Under the pieces are notes generated by a model that ran no database searches, had not been told where the DNA came from, and saw only the letters and a program-made list of their open reading frames with translations. This document shows positions 22,967 to 33,465 of a stretch of 64,000 bases of DNA, piece after piece. Positions within the stretch are counted from its first letter, which is position 1, and the number at the start of each line of letters is the position of its first letter. Position numbers and translations under genes: made by a program. This DNA comes from a virus (Duplodnaviria > Heunggongvirae > Uroviricota > Caudoviricetes): IMG/VR virus record IMGVR_UViG_3300035501_000524. One strand, given 5' to 3'.

Positions 22967-24535
22967 ATGCATAAAAGTGTGCGTTTAGAGACTCCGTGTG
23001 AGTTTATTAACGTAGTCCCTGTTAATCCTCTAATTTCTAAATGCCAGATTAAAGTTTGTTATGTTGGAGATGAGCCTAACCGCAATAGAAGTGTTATTAC
23101 TAAAGATGTTGCGCGACAGATGGCTAACAGTCTTCCTGGTAGTCCGATTGTAGGATTCTTTAATGAGGATACTGGAGATTTTGAAGAACATAATCGAACT
23201 TTAGATATTAAAAATGGTAAACTTGAAATTAAGGATGCTACAAGACCTTATGGTTTTGTTGATTTAAATGCAAAGGTATGGTTTCAAAAATATTTGGATG
23301 ATGATACTATTGAAAGAGAATATCTTGTAACTGAAGGATATTTGTGGACAGGTCAGTATCCAGAGTGTCAAAGAGCTGTTGATAAAGGAAATAATGAATC
23401 AATGGAACTTGACAAAAATCATTTAGATGCAAATTGGACAAACGATAGTAATGGAAAACCTCAATTTTTTATTATTAATGAAGCAATTATTTCTAAACTT
23501 TGCATTTTGGGTGAGGACTATGAACCTTGCTTTGAGGGTTCCAGTGTTACCAATGATCAAATTCAATTCTCTTTTGCAGATGACTTTAAAGAGCAGTTAT
23601 TCTCAATGATAAGTGAATTGAAAGAATTATTACAGGAAAAAGGAGGAACAACGCAAGTGTTTACTACATATGCAGTTACAGTTGGTGATTCTCTGTGGAA
23701 TGCTCTTTATAGTTATGTAGATGAAAAAATGAATGGCAGTACTATTGTTGGAGTTTATGAAGACAATAATCAAAAATTTGCTGTTCTTAAAAATGGAGAA
23801 AAATACTCTCGTTTAGATTTTTCATTTAATGATAAAGAGGAATTTGTTCCAGCAGAAGCTGTCGCTGATATTACAGATTCTTTTACTCCTTCAGAAGAAG
23901 CACAGTTTGCATTAGCAGATGTTGAAGCTTTTGAAACAGAGTATAAGAAAAAGAAAGAAGAAGAGGACAAAGAAGGAAAATCTGATTCCGATAAAACTGA
24001 TGATACAACAGAAGGGGAAAAAGATGATACTTCCGATGATTCTGAAGAGGATCCAAAAGAAGATCCTGATGAAGATGAAAAAAAGAAAAAGAAAACTGGT
24101 GAAGATGGCAAAAAGGCAAAATATTCATTAGAAGAAATTCCAGAATATCTTGAGCTTCAAACCAAATTCTCTGCATTGCAGACTACAGTTAATACTTTAA
24201 CCCAGGAAAAAGCTGCTTTAGAAGCTCAGCTACAACCTCTTATCGATTTCAGAAATCAAGTTGAAAAAGAGAAAAAAGAGGAAATGATTAAGAGCTTTTA
24301 TATGTTATCTGAGGAAGATAAAGCTGATGTTGTTGCTAACATCGACAAATATTCTTTGGATGATATTGAAGCAAAACTTTCTATCTTATGTGTTCGTAAC
24401 AAGGTAAGCTTTAACCTTGATGATGATAATGATCATAAAGATCCTACCACTTATAATTTGAATGATCAGTTCACTGATACAAATACCCCAGCTTGGATTA
24501 AAGCTGCTATGGATGTTGCGAAAACTATGAATTAA
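22967..24535 (+). CDS. Scaffolding protein, possibly a prohead protease-scaffold fusion, 522 aa
   Basis: Globular N-terminal half, a highly acidic Lys/Glu/Asp low-complexity linker, and a C-terminal coiled-coil (QTTVNTLTQEKAALEAQLQPL). It lies between portal and capsid. Confidence 0.4.
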   Translation: MHKSVRLETPCEFINVVPVNPLISKCQIKVCYVGDEPNRNRSVITKDVARQMANSLPGSPIVGFFNEDTGDFEEHNRTLDIKNGKLEIKDATRPYGFVDLNAKVWFQKYLDDDTIEREYLVTEGYLWTGQYPECQRAVDKGNNESMELDKNHLDANWTNDSNGKPQFFIINEAIISKLCILGEDYEPCFEGSSVTNDQIQFSFADDFKEQLFSMISELKELLQEKGGTTQVFTTYAVTVGDSLWNALYSYVDEKMNGSTIVGVYEDNNQKFAVLKNGEKYSRLDFSFNDKEEFVPAEAVADITDSFTPSEEAQFALADVEAFETEYKKKKEEEDKEGKSDSDKTDDTTEGEKDDTSDDSEEDPKEDPDEDEKKKKKTGEDGKKAKYSLEEIPEYLELQTKFSALQTTVNTLTQEKAALEAQLQPLIDFRNQVEKEKKEEMIKSFYMLSEEDKADVVANIDKYSLDDIEAKLSILCVRNKVSFNLDDDNDHKDPTTYNLNDQFTDTNTPAWIKAAMDVAKTMN

Positions 24536-24557
24536 AAACTTTTAAGGAGGATATATA

Positions 24558-25340
24558 ATGCTTAGTGATTTCTTAAAGAAACATATCACTAGTCAGGCAA
24601 AGTTTATCCAAACAAATGGATATGGATATGGCCAGGTTGAACCTAACCATCTGTCTGCGCAGAGAACCGCACAGGTTTATGCTCAGTTGCCTGCGGCTGC
24701 TGATATTGATGTACTAGAGCAAGGTCAGTTTGTAAAATATGATTATGCAAGCGGTCTTGTTAATTTTGAAGGAAAAGGCGAGTGGATGCTTGTTTACAAT
24801 GAAATTAAATTGTATCGTGAGCATCAAGATGATTGCGAATTTGCAATGCTAAAAGACAATTATCAGGCTCGTATTTATAGTCCATTCGGTTATGGAGTTG
24901 ACAAGGATGGTAATCATACTGTTGATGACGATTGGAGTAGACAGTCTAGATATTACAATGGAGTAGATGCTGAAGGTAGCTCAAGTATCAAAGTTGGCGA
25001 AAATGAATATGCTTATGATGATGTTACCGCTGCTCCAGATATGTACGAGATTCATTACAATGAGGATCCATTCCACATTCTTGGACCGTACAAAGAGGCT
25101 AGAATGCCAGAAGGTACCACAATGGTTCCTCGTGTATTCAAGACCAATGTGGGCGACATTTTTACTACAAATATGATTAACGAAGAATCTGTTGAACTTG
25201 GTGATACTCTTGTTCCTGGTGAAAAAGGAATTCTTGAGAAGAAAGAGAGTATTGATGGTGAAGCAATGGTATGGCAGGTAGTTAAAGTTTATACAATGCC
25301 AGATCACCAGCCAGGCGTAAAGATTATGCGTATTGTCTAA
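24558..25340 (+). CDS. Head protein of unknown role, 260 aa (decoration or minor capsid protein)
   Basis: Position between the scaffold and the major capsid protein. Confidence 0.35.
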   Translation: MLSDFLKKHITSQAKFIQTNGYGYGQVEPNHLSAQRTAQVYAQLPAAADIDVLEQGQFVKYDYASGLVNFEGKGEWMLVYNEIKLYREHQDDCEFAMLKDNYQARIYSPFGYGVDKDGNHTVDDDWSRQSRYYNGVDAEGSSSIKVGENEYAYDDVTAAPDMYEIHYNEDPFHILGPYKEARMPEGTTMVPRVFKTNVGDIFTTNMINEESVELGDTLVPGEKGILEKKESIDGEAMVWQVVKVYTMPDHQPGVKIMRIV

Positions 25341-25358
25341 TAAGGAGGGAAGAATATA

Positions 25359-26453
25359 ATGCTAGATAGAGCTAATTTAGTTGCTTTAATGAAGCAAGTT
25401 GCAAAAGCTGATCCTTCCGCTCCGGTGGCTTATAGTTTTGGAAATGAGAATCTAAGCTATGAGGCATTAAATGAAACACTTCGTAGAGAGCTGAATGAAT
25501 TGGCAGGAACATACTCACTATATCGTGAGAATAAAAATTTAATTTTCTCAATTATTGAGGAAACTCTTGATGAAGTTCTACCAAAGAAAGTAGTAGAACA
25601 GTATGATCAGTTTGCTGAGGTTCGTACATTCGCACAAGGCGATAAGATTCTGTTCCGTCGTAAACTTACATCTAATAATAGAGCTAAACAGTTCGTTACC
25701 AGAGTTGGACTTGCAGGTATTTATGAAGTATTCAAACTTGGTAAGAACGAAGAGGCTTTTGAAGTTCGTACAAGTGCTATTGGTGGTGCTGCTCAGATCG
25801 GATTTGAGGAGTTCCTTGATGGTCGTGTAGACTTCGCAGAAGTTACTCGTATTATTATGGAAGGTATGGATGAATTGATCTACAAAGAAGTTGCGGCTGC
25901 TTTGAAGGCTTCAATCAACCAGTTACCACCTGCAAATAGAGTTATTGCTAATGGTTTTGATGAAGATGCTATGGATCTTCTTTTAACTATCGCTTCTGCT
26001 TATGGTACACCTACTATTTATTGTACTTATGAGTTTGCTGTTAAGATGATTCCACAGGAAGCTTGGAGATACACTGAAGCAATGAAGACTGAGCTTTGGA
26101 ATACCGGTCGTCTTGCAACATATAAAGGACATAAAGTAGTTATCCTTGAGCAGGGATTCGAAGATGAAACCAACAGTACAAAAGTAATCGATCCTGGTTA
26201 TGCTTGGGTTATTCCTACAGGCGCTGATGGAAAGCCAGTTAAGATCGCTTTTGAAGGAAATACTATCGTAGATGAATTCAATAATCCTGGAGATCGTTCT
26301 CGTGAAATTCAGGTTTACAAGAAAGTTGGAGTAGTTTGTATGTTAGCTAATAACATCTGCGCTTATGTTGATACTTCTCTTGTAGGTCAGTTAAAGACTT
26401 GGAGTTTATCTAACAAAAATATTAAGGATTATACCGGAACGGTTAATTCCTAA
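25359..26453 (+). CDS. Major capsid protein (HK97-fold candidate), 364 aa
   Basis: Typical size. It follows the scaffold gene and is followed by a very strong terminator at 26486-26530 (GGGGAGAGGGAGAGC/TTTCCCTCTCCCC plus T-run). RBS AGGAGGGA. Confidence 0.5.
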   Translation: MLDRANLVALMKQVAKADPSAPVAYSFGNENLSYEALNETLRRELNELAGTYSLYRENKNLIFSIIEETLDEVLPKKVVEQYDQFAEVRTFAQGDKILFRRKLTSNNRAKQFVTRVGLAGIYEVFKLGKNEEAFEVRTSAIGGAAQIGFEEFLDGRVDFAEVTRIIMEGMDELIYKEVAAALKASINQLPPANRVIANGFDEDAMDLLLTIASAYGTPTIYCTYEFAVKMIPQEAWRYTEAMKTELWNTGRLATYKGHKVVILEQGFEDETNSTKVIDPGYAWVIPTGADGKPVKIAFEGNTIVDEFNNPGDRSREIQVYKKVGVVCMLANNICAYVDTSLVGQLKTWSLSNKNIKDYTGTVNS

Positions 26454-26485
26454 TCATAACTCAGATTTTTAAATATAAACAGACT

Positions 26486-26530
26486 GGGGGAGAGGGAGAG
26501 CTTTCCCTCTCCCCTTATTTTTATTTGTGA
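26486..26530 (+). terminator. Strong intrinsic terminator after the major capsid gene
   Basis: Long GC-rich stem followed by TTATTTTTATTTG. Confidence 0.7.
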
Positions 26531-26551
26531 AAAAGGAGACTTTAGAAAACT

Positions 26552-27139
26552 ATGGAAAAAGATACAAAATTTAATGTTAAAAATAGAAGTGCCGGAATGG
26601 TTGTTTATAGACTTCCGGAATATAATATTCGTAGAGAGTTCGCGCCAGGTGAGACGAAAGTAATCACATATGATGAATTAGAAAAACTTTCATTCCAGCA
26701 GGGCGGTCGAGAGATGATGGCTAATTATCTCCAGATCCAGAGTGCTGAAGCAACAAAAGATTTAAATATCTCAACAGAGCCAGAATATAATATGTCAGAA
26801 GAAGATGTTGTTAAACTTCTTTTGGAAGGCTCACTAGACTCTTTCCTTGATGCTTTAGATTTTGCGCCTACTGGAGTAATTGACTTAATTAAACAGCTTT
26901 CAGTTAGCTTACCATTGAATGATATTCAGAAAAGACGAGCTCTTAAAGAAAAAACTGGTTTTGATGTAAATGCAGCTCTTACACACGTTGAGGAAGAACT
27001 TGAAGATCAGATTGTATCTAATAATGAACAGCCTACAAGACGTGTAAAAGTTGAAGAAGAGCAGAAAGAAGAAGGTCGCAGAACAACTCTTCCTGAGTAT
27101 AAAGTAACTCAGACAAAATCAGTAGCGACTGAACAGTAA
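26552..27139 (+). CDS. Hypothetical head or head-tail protein, 195 aa
   Basis: ORF in the structural block with RBS AAAGGAG. Confidence 0.5.
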   Translation: MEKDTKFNVKNRSAGMVVYRLPEYNIRREFAPGETKVITYDELEKLSFQQGGREMMANYLQIQSAEATKDLNISTEPEYNMSEEDVVKLLLEGSLDSFLDALDFAPTGVIDLIKQLSVSLPLNDIQKRRALKEKTGFDVNAALTHVEEELEDQIVSNNEQPTRRVKVEEEQKEEGRRTTLPEYKVTQTKSVATEQ

Positions 27140-27160
27140 TTAAAGTAAGGAGAAAGAGTT

Positions 27161-27757
27161 ATGGAAGTAAAAGATCAAGGAACTAGATTTGCAACTATCT
27201 ATAATCGCTTTCTTGGTAAAATTACTGATGATATGTATATGGAGTTGACCCCAGAAGATACTATTAGAGATTTACAGAACCTCTTGGTAGATGCAATTCC
27301 AGGTTTCGAGTTTCCTAGAGTTGATTTGACAAATTATGAAATAAAAACAGAAATTATAAATGAAGCTGATGCTAAACCAGGGGATTTTATTTTAGCTGTT
27401 TTATGGGGTGAACTTCCACAAGATGGCGAGATGGAAGCGCCAAATGCTTTAGTCGATAGATCTTCTTTTAAAATTACATTATCTTCAGAAGAGATTAATA
27501 TTCTTGCACTACTTATGAAACAAGGTTGGGTTGAAAGACAAGTAGCGTCTATTGAAAATACTCGTATGAAATATACGGGATCAGATTTTAAAATGACTTC
27601 TCAAGCAAATCATTTATCTAAACTTATGAGTTTATTAAGTGAAGCACAAAGAGAATCATTTCATATGCAACGTTTATATAAACGTAGAAAGCTTGGAGAC
27701 GATGGAATTTATCGTTCTAACTGGTCTTCATTGAGAGAACGAAGTGCTCTTAAATAA
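27161..27757 (+). CDS. Hypothetical head-tail connector or completion protein, 198 aa
   Basis: ORF with RBS AAGGAGAAAGAG. Confidence 0.5.
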   Translation: MEVKDQGTRFATIYNRFLGKITDDMYMELTPEDTIRDLQNLLVDAIPGFEFPRVDLTNYEIKTEIINEADAKPGDFILAVLWGELPQDGEMEAPNALVDRSSFKITLSSEEINILALLMKQGWVERQVASIENTRMKYTGSDFKMTSQANHLSKLMSLLSEAQRESFHMQRLYKRRKLGDDGIYRSNWSSLRERSALK

Positions 27758-28037
27758 ATATGGAATTGATATTGAAGATGATGCAATAATTAAGAATGTT
27801 CGTCGTTTAACCAACCAATTATGGAAATTAATTCCTATGCGCGAACATGAAGAAGATTGGGAAAAACAGTTAGATACTGTTATTTTAGAGATTGTTGGAC
27901 TTTATGAAATTTTACAAAGTCCAGCATTTTTACAATTATTAAGTAAATTAGAAGGATTGCGAGTTAAAGAGACAGAATTTGAGCTATACCGAAAAACAAT
28001 TTTTGAATGTATAAATTTGATACAGGGGCTAATCTAA
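27744..28037 (+). CDS. Hypothetical small structural-module protein, 97 aa
   Basis: Overlaps the preceding gene by 14 nt. Confidence 0.4.
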   Translation: MLLNKYGIDIEDDAIIKNVRRLTNQLWKLIPMREHEEDWEKQLDTVILEIVGLYEILQSPAFLQLLSKLEGLRVKETEFELYRKTIFECINLIQGLI

Positions 28038-29113
28038 TGACAGGATATGAAGAAAAAAGTCGTAATACTTCTTTAAATTTAATGGCTAAGCGATTGGGCG
28101 TTGAAGTAGATGATAAGAATCAAAAAAAGATTCAATCTATTACTAGTTCAAATCTAGTAGGGATTGAAAATCAAGCAGTTTTATTAGGTATTAATGGTGG
28201 GTTTTCCCAACAAGATCGAATGATATATGATAAGAGGAGATCTCTTGATCGAGCTTTAAAATATTCTTATCAAGCAGCTAATATAAAAGCTGATGTATCT
28301 GATAAACCTATTAGATGTTTGATTAATCCTGATAAATTGAAACAAGATTATGATGATAAAATCATATCTGTACATAAAGAGACTGGATTAAAACCTGGAG
28401 ATATATTTGAATGGTTAGGGACTAATACTCATTGGCTTATATATTTACAGGATTTAACTGAATTAGCATACTTTAGAGGAGATATTAGAAGATGCTCCTA
28501 TGAAATTGCATGGGAAGATGAAGATGGATATCATTCTACCTATGCGGCAGTTAAGGGTCCAGTAGAAACAAAAATTAATTATATTCAAAAACATGATATC
28601 AGTATTGATACGCCGAATTATTCTTTAAATATATTACTTCCTAGGACGGAAGCAATATCAAAATATTTTAGAAGATATTCAAAGTTTTATTTACAAGGAA
28701 CTGATGAGGGGTCTCCGCAAGTTTGTTGGAGAGTTGAAGCTACTGATTGGATTAGTACTCCTGGAATCCTTGAAGTAAATGCTGTTGAATATTATATTAA
28801 TGAAACAGAAGATGATTTGGAAAAAGGGCTTGTTGGTGGATTAATAGTAAAACCTGAGTCACCTAATACTGAAGCAGAAGAAATAATGATTTCTGGAGAG
28901 ACATTCATTAAACCTAAAAGAACTTATGAATATACTTATTCTGGTCTTAATAATGGACAATGGAGTATTAATAAAAAGTATCCTATTACTTTAAAAGTAG
29001 ATGAAAAAAATCCTTTAAAAGTTTATATAAAATGGAATAGTTCTTTTAGTGGAGAATTTGATCTTACTTTTGGTAATTTTACTAAAAAAATTATTGTAGA
29101 ATCATTATTTTAA
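28007..29113 (+). CDS. Hypothetical structural protein, 368 aa
   Basis: ORF overlapping the upstream gene. Confidence 0.45.
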   Translation: MYKFDTGANLMTGYEEKSRNTSLNLMAKRLGVEVDDKNQKKIQSITSSNLVGIENQAVLLGINGGFSQQDRMIYDKRRSLDRALKYSYQAANIKADVSDKPIRCLINPDKLKQDYDDKIISVHKETGLKPGDIFEWLGTNTHWLIYLQDLTELAYFRGDIRRCSYEIAWEDEDGYHSTYAAVKGPVETKINYIQKHDISIDTPNYSLNILLPRTEAISKYFRRYSKFYLQGTDEGSPQVCWRVEATDWISTPGILEVNAVEYYINETEDDLEKGLVGGLIVKPESPNTEAEEIMISGETFIKPKRTYEYTYSGLNNGQWSINKKYPITLKVDEKNPLKVYIKWNSSFSGEFDLTFGNFTKKIIVESLF

Positions 29114-29138
29114 GAGATAAAGGAGAATAACTAAAAAA

Positions 29139-29726
29139 ATGAAGATTCAAAGATATAAAGAGCCAAAATCAAGTTTTCTTTCAGTAGAGAAAGATATGGC
29201 ATTGATCATGAATGAAATGTTAAAAGGAGAGCGTCTTAAAAGATTACTTTATTATAATACTAAAGATGCTATTAATAAACCAAATCTTTCTGAAGAGCAA
29301 TCTTTTGAATTAATTGGAAAAAATATTAAAAATATTCCTAAGCTATATGTAGATGGGAGTGTTTTAAATTATGTTATCATAAATTTTGATAATTTTACAC
29401 CAAATGCTACAAATACAGAATTTAGAGATAATATTATTGAATTTGATATTATTTGTCATTTTGATCAATGGAATTTACAAGATTTTCAACTTCGTCCATA
29501 TAGGATTGCGGCTGAAATTGATTCAATGTTTGATAATAAACATTTAACTGGAATTGGAACCTTACAATTTTTAGGGGCAAATCAAATTATTCTTACGGAT
29601 GAATATGCAGGATTTTGTTTAATGTACTCTGCAATTCATGGAGAAGAAGATAAAAGCCCAATGGCAAATCCGAAAGATCAAGCTAATTTTGAGAAAGACT
29701 TTAAGGAACAATATCCTGTTGTTTAA
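29139..29726 (+). CDS. Hypothetical structural protein, 195 aa
   Basis: RBS AAAGGAGAA. Confidence 0.45.
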   Translation: MKIQRYKEPKSSFLSVEKDMALIMNEMLKGERLKRLLYYNTKDAINKPNLSEEQSFELIGKNIKNIPKLYVDGSVLNYVIINFDNFTPNATNTEFRDNIIEFDIICHFDQWNLQDFQLRPYRIAAEIDSMFDNKHLTGIGTLQFLGANQIILTDEYAGFCLMYSAIHGEEDKSPMANPKDQANFEKDFKEQYPVV

Positions 29727-29730
29727 TTAA

Positions 29731-30453
29731 ATGGATATTAGATTAGCTTTATTAACTGGAGTAGATATACCAGTTCCAGAATGCCAAATTGCAATTCATC
29801 AACCAACTATTAAAGAAATTTCTATGATAGGAGAAAATGATTTTTTTGTTGGCGTACAATGTCTTTGTCTATATAAAAGCATGTTCATAGAGGACAAAAA
29901 TGTTCTAGATGAAGTAAATAATTTTCAGATATTTATGACAGTAGTGATGAGTAAAGAAGAGAAAGAGAAAAAGATTAGTGTTATACAAGTTTTATCTATT
30001 CTTTTTCCTGGTTTTAAGGCTCTTTTTACTCCACGTTCATTAATACTCCAAAAAGGAGAAACCGCAGTTACTATTGATGAATCGAATTTTGAGATTCTTC
30101 AAGATTATCTTAGACAAATCTTTTGTTCCAATAGTGGATCAATGGATCAACAAGCTTTTAATCCTGCTGATGAAAAAGCTAGAGAAATTGCGGAAAAATT
30201 AATGAGAGGTCGTCAAAGAGTTGCCGCTCAAAAAGGTGGCTCTAATTCTAGCGTGTTTAGTAAGTATCTTTCTATTCTTTCTGTTGGATTGCCAATGTCT
30301 ATGGCTGAGTTAACCAACTTAACTATGTTTCAAATATATGATCTTATGGAAAGATATTCACTATATACTAATTGGGATATAGATATCCGCACACGACTTG
30401 CGGGCGGAAAACCTGATTCTCAGCCCGACAACTGGATGAAAGATATCCATTAA
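29731..30453 (+). CDS. Hypothetical structural protein, 240 aa (candidate tail completion or terminator protein)
   Basis: Position directly upstream of the major tail protein. Confidence 0.4.
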   Translation: MDIRLALLTGVDIPVPECQIAIHQPTIKEISMIGENDFFVGVQCLCLYKSMFIEDKNVLDEVNNFQIFMTVVMSKEEKEKKISVIQVLSILFPGFKALFTPRSLILQKGETAVTIDESNFEILQDYLRQIFCSNSGSMDQQAFNPADEKAREIAEKLMRGRQRVAAQKGGSNSSVFSKYLSILSVGLPMSMAELTNLTMFQIYDLMERYSLYTNWDIDIRTRLAGGKPDSQPDNWMKDIH

Positions 30454-30477
30454 AAAAAACAAGGAGGAATATACACT

Positions 30478-31482
30478 ATGAAGTTTGGTGTTCGTGAAAT
30501 TTGCGATGTTGTTTTAAAAGCTAAAGCAGCAACTAAGATTGGTAATAAAATCTTCTATGCAAATGAACCTGTTATCTACTTTGATACCTTGAAGACTTCC
30601 AGTATGGAAGGTGCTGCTACAACAGTATATGCTCAAGGTGGACGTGGTAACTCTCGTTTGGTTGCATGGGAAGGTGAGCGTACAGTAACCTTCACTATGG
30701 AGGATGCGCTTATCTCTCCAGAAGGATTTATGATTCTGTCTGGTGCAGGACTTATCGAAGCTTCTGATAGCAAACCAGTTTATCAGCACGTAACTGAAAC
30801 CATTGATGGAAATGTGGTTACTGTTGAAAGTGATGGAACTCAGGATGTAACTGTTTACATTCCACTTTCAAATCAGCCATATCTTCCAAGTGATAAAAAT
30901 GGTAACTATGCTTATGTAATGTTTATGAAAGATGGAGACATCATTTCAGAACCTTATATTCCAGAGCATGGTAAAGAGCTTACTGTAGATGAAGATGGAA
31001 ATTATGTAATTAAAGTTAATTATCATGATTGCTATGATTCTTCTGAGGAAGAAGGAAATAGTAAATATATTATTTCTGGAGATGGTAATGTACCAGATAT
31101 TACTACAGAGTTTGATAGCGTTCTTGTTGATTATTATGTAGAGCGTCAAAGTGATGCACAGCAGATTGAAATTACCGCAGATAAATTTGGTGGTAACTAT
31201 TATCTTGAAGCTTCTACTCTATTCAGAGATCAGAATGGTGTAGACTTACCAGCAGAATTTATTATTCCTAACTGCAAGATTCAGTCTAACTTTACATTTA
31301 CTATGGCATCTTCTGGAGATCCAAGTACATTCACATTTACTATGGATGCATTCCCAGATTATACAAGATTCGATCATAGTAAAAAAGTATTAGCAGCTAT
31401 TCAGATTATTAAAGATGGTAGAAGTCAGGATCTTCACCGTCATAGTACTTCTCATGAAGTTGCACATGAGGCATTGCTATAA
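30478..31482 (+). CDS. Major tail (tube) protein, 334 aa
   Basis: Strong RBS AAGGAGGAATA and a strong terminator at 31501-31531. It lies two genes upstream of the tape measure gene. No separate sheath gene, which suggests a siphovirus-type tail. Confidence 0.5.
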   Translation: MKFGVREICDVVLKAKAATKIGNKIFYANEPVIYFDTLKTSSMEGAATTVYAQGGRGNSRLVAWEGERTVTFTMEDALISPEGFMILSGAGLIEASDSKPVYQHVTETIDGNVVTVESDGTQDVTVYIPLSNQPYLPSDKNGNYAYVMFMKDGDIISEPYIPEHGKELTVDEDGNYVIKVNYHDCYDSSEEEGNSKYIISGDGNVPDITTEFDSVLVDYYVERQSDAQQIEITADKFGGNYYLEASTLFRDQNGVDLPAEFIIPNCKIQSNFTFTMASSGDPSTFTFTMDAFPDYTRFDHSKKVLAAIQIIKDGRSQDLHRHSTSHEVAHEALL

Positions 31483-31550
31483 TTTAAAAAAAATAAACTT
31501 AGGGAAGGACATAAGTCCTTCCCTTATTTTGCGTTAAAGGAGAAAAAAGC

Positions 31551-32741
31551 ATGGGATTTGTTTGCGTGATGTCCGAATCAATGGAACAAGTTGATAAGAA
31601 TTATGAGGCTGCTCAAGGTGTTTATCAAGCAAAAAGAAAAAGCCTTTTAGAGCAGATTGAAAATCAAAGTCAACAATCCGGAGAGAGTTTTATAGAAAAG
31701 CTACAAGATAAATTTTCAGATAATATGAAACAAACAATAGTTAGCCCAGATTCTAAGAGATCTGTTAAATACGAAACTATTATTAAACATATCTATAGAG
31801 CTGCCGAATTAAAAGGGAGAAGTATTATCGAAGATGTTGGTGGTAATCTTGATGAATTAAAAGAAGAAATTCAAAAAATTAAACAAAGTACAGAAGGGGA
31901 TATAGAAACTGAAAAAAAATTAATTGATAAAGAAATTGACAAAATAGTTTCTGAATATGCCACTAAAATGGACATAAATCAAATTTTTAATAAATATCTT
32001 CCCCAGATTTTATCTGGCGAAAACCAGAAATTATCTGTAGCACAGGTATTGGCATATTGTAAATCAATATTCAAAAGAGAAATCCAAAAGCAACTTAGTA
32101 TGGAAAAAATCGATTCGGTTATAAAAAAAAGACCTGCTATTATTTTAGGATATATTAGAGAGGATATGCTATCTGATGCCGCAATAAAAGCGATAGATGA
32201 ATGTAAAATAGAAAATGCAAGTGCTATGACTGTTGGATCTGAACAATCTATGATCGACGTATTAATTCCTATTACAGGTGGTGCCGCAAAAGCATCAGAT
32301 GATAAAGAATTATTAGGCTCTATATTAAAAAAATTAGATGGAATTAAATCTTCAACTTTTGTTGTTGGAGAATCTAAATTTAATACAGATGAATTTTTAG
32401 GTATCCAGGTAAAACCTTGGAATTTATATAAGAAAACAACAAAGTGGAATCCAATGTCGCTTGGTAGTAGAACTGAATTATTAAATGATTATGCAAAATC
32501 ACTGTCCGGTGAAACACCAGATGATGTTACTTCTTGGCATAAAGGAGTTATTTATTTAAGTGAAAACTTAACTAAAATGCTTGGTGAAAATACAGTAATG
32601 TATGTTACTGGAAATAATATTATTTGGACTGATAATTTATTATCAGATTTAGTAAATAAATATAATAAGTATTTTGCTTTTGGGGTTAATTCAAAAAATC
32701 AACTTACTTCTCATATTGTTTTAGCCGATCATTATGCTTAA
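31551..32741 (+). CDS. Hypothetical tail-assembly-region protein, 396 aa
   Basis: Position between the tail tube and tape measure genes. Confidence 0.4.
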   Translation: MGFVCVMSESMEQVDKNYEAAQGVYQAKRKSLLEQIENQSQQSGESFIEKLQDKFSDNMKQTIVSPDSKRSVKYETIIKHIYRAAELKGRSIIEDVGGNLDELKEEIQKIKQSTEGDIETEKKLIDKEIDKIVSEYATKMDINQIFNKYLPQILSGENQKLSVAQVLAYCKSIFKREIQKQLSMEKIDSVIKKRPAIILGYIREDMLSDAAIKAIDECKIENASAMTVGSEQSMIDVLIPITGGAAKASDDKELLGSILKKLDGIKSSTFVVGESKFNTDEFLGIQVKPWNLYKKTTKWNPMSLGSRTELLNDYAKSLSGETPDDVTSWHKGVIYLSENLTKMLGENTVMYVTGNNIIWTDNLLSDLVNKYNKYFAFGVNSKNQLTSHIVLADHYA

Positions 32742-32746
32742 TTAAC

Positions 32747-32775
32747 TTGACAAAAGAAAAATTTTTTGGTACAAT
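32747..32775 (+). promoter_or_regulatory. Internal promoter TTGACA (32747-32752), 17 bp, TACAAT (32770-32775)
   Basis: Consensus hexamers upstream of 32809..33336. Confidence 0.4.
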
Positions 32776-32808
32776 AATATTAAAAGAGAGATAAAGGAGG
32801 CTATATAA

Positions 32809-33336
32809 ATGGCAAAAGTTTCTTTTAGTAAATTGGGACTTAAAAAGAAAGATGATATTAAAATTGTAAAAATTAATGATGATATTGAAATTGAAGTAAA
32901 ACAATATTTACCCATTAATGAAAAATTGATACTTATTTCTAATGTAATAAATGATTCTGCTGATGAAAATAATTTTGCTAATCCATTAAAAATAATGTTA
33001 TTTGCGTCATTACAAATTATTCAGTATTATACTAATTTAACTTTTACAGATAAACAAAGAGAAGATCCAGGAAAACTTTATGATTTATTATCATCAAATG
33101 AAGTTATTGATAAAATCATTGATGCTATTCCGCAAAAAGAATATGATTTTTTAATTGATGGCATTTATGATAGCATTGATTCTGTTTATGATTATAGAAA
33201 TTCAGTTCTTGGTATTTTAGAAACGATTAGTACCGATTATTCTAATTTAGATTTAGATGCTACAGAACTTCAAAAAAAAATGAACGATCCTAATTCACTT
33301 TCTTTATTGAAAGATGTATTAACCAAATTAGGCTAA
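32809..33336 (+). CDS. Hypothetical protein, 175 aa (candidate tail assembly chaperone)
   Basis: Immediately upstream of the tape measure gene. Terminator at 33374-33416. Confidence 0.35.
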   Translation: MAKVSFSKLGLKKKDDIKIVKINDDIEIEVKQYLPINEKLILISNVINDSADENNFANPLKIMLFASLQIIQYYTNLTFTDKQREDPGKLYDLLSSNEVIDKIIDAIPQKEYDFLIDGIYDSIDSVYDYRNSVLGILETISTDYSNLDLDATELQKKMNDPNSLSLLKDVLTKLG

Positions 33337-33465
33337 TCCTATTATTAAAATTTTTATTTGTAATAGGAGTTAAGGGGAAAGAGTAGTTTAACTCTTTCCC
33401 TTATTTTTTTTTATTTTGCAAAGTAAAAAATTAATATATAAAATGGAGAGAAAGGAGTAAAATAA

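Noticed and set aside
23770-24176. Minus-strand ORFs of 97-113 aa inside the scaffold gene
   Set aside because: They are antisense to the acidic low-complexity region of 22967..24535, a typical shadow ORF (poly-Ser/Phe) with no start signals.
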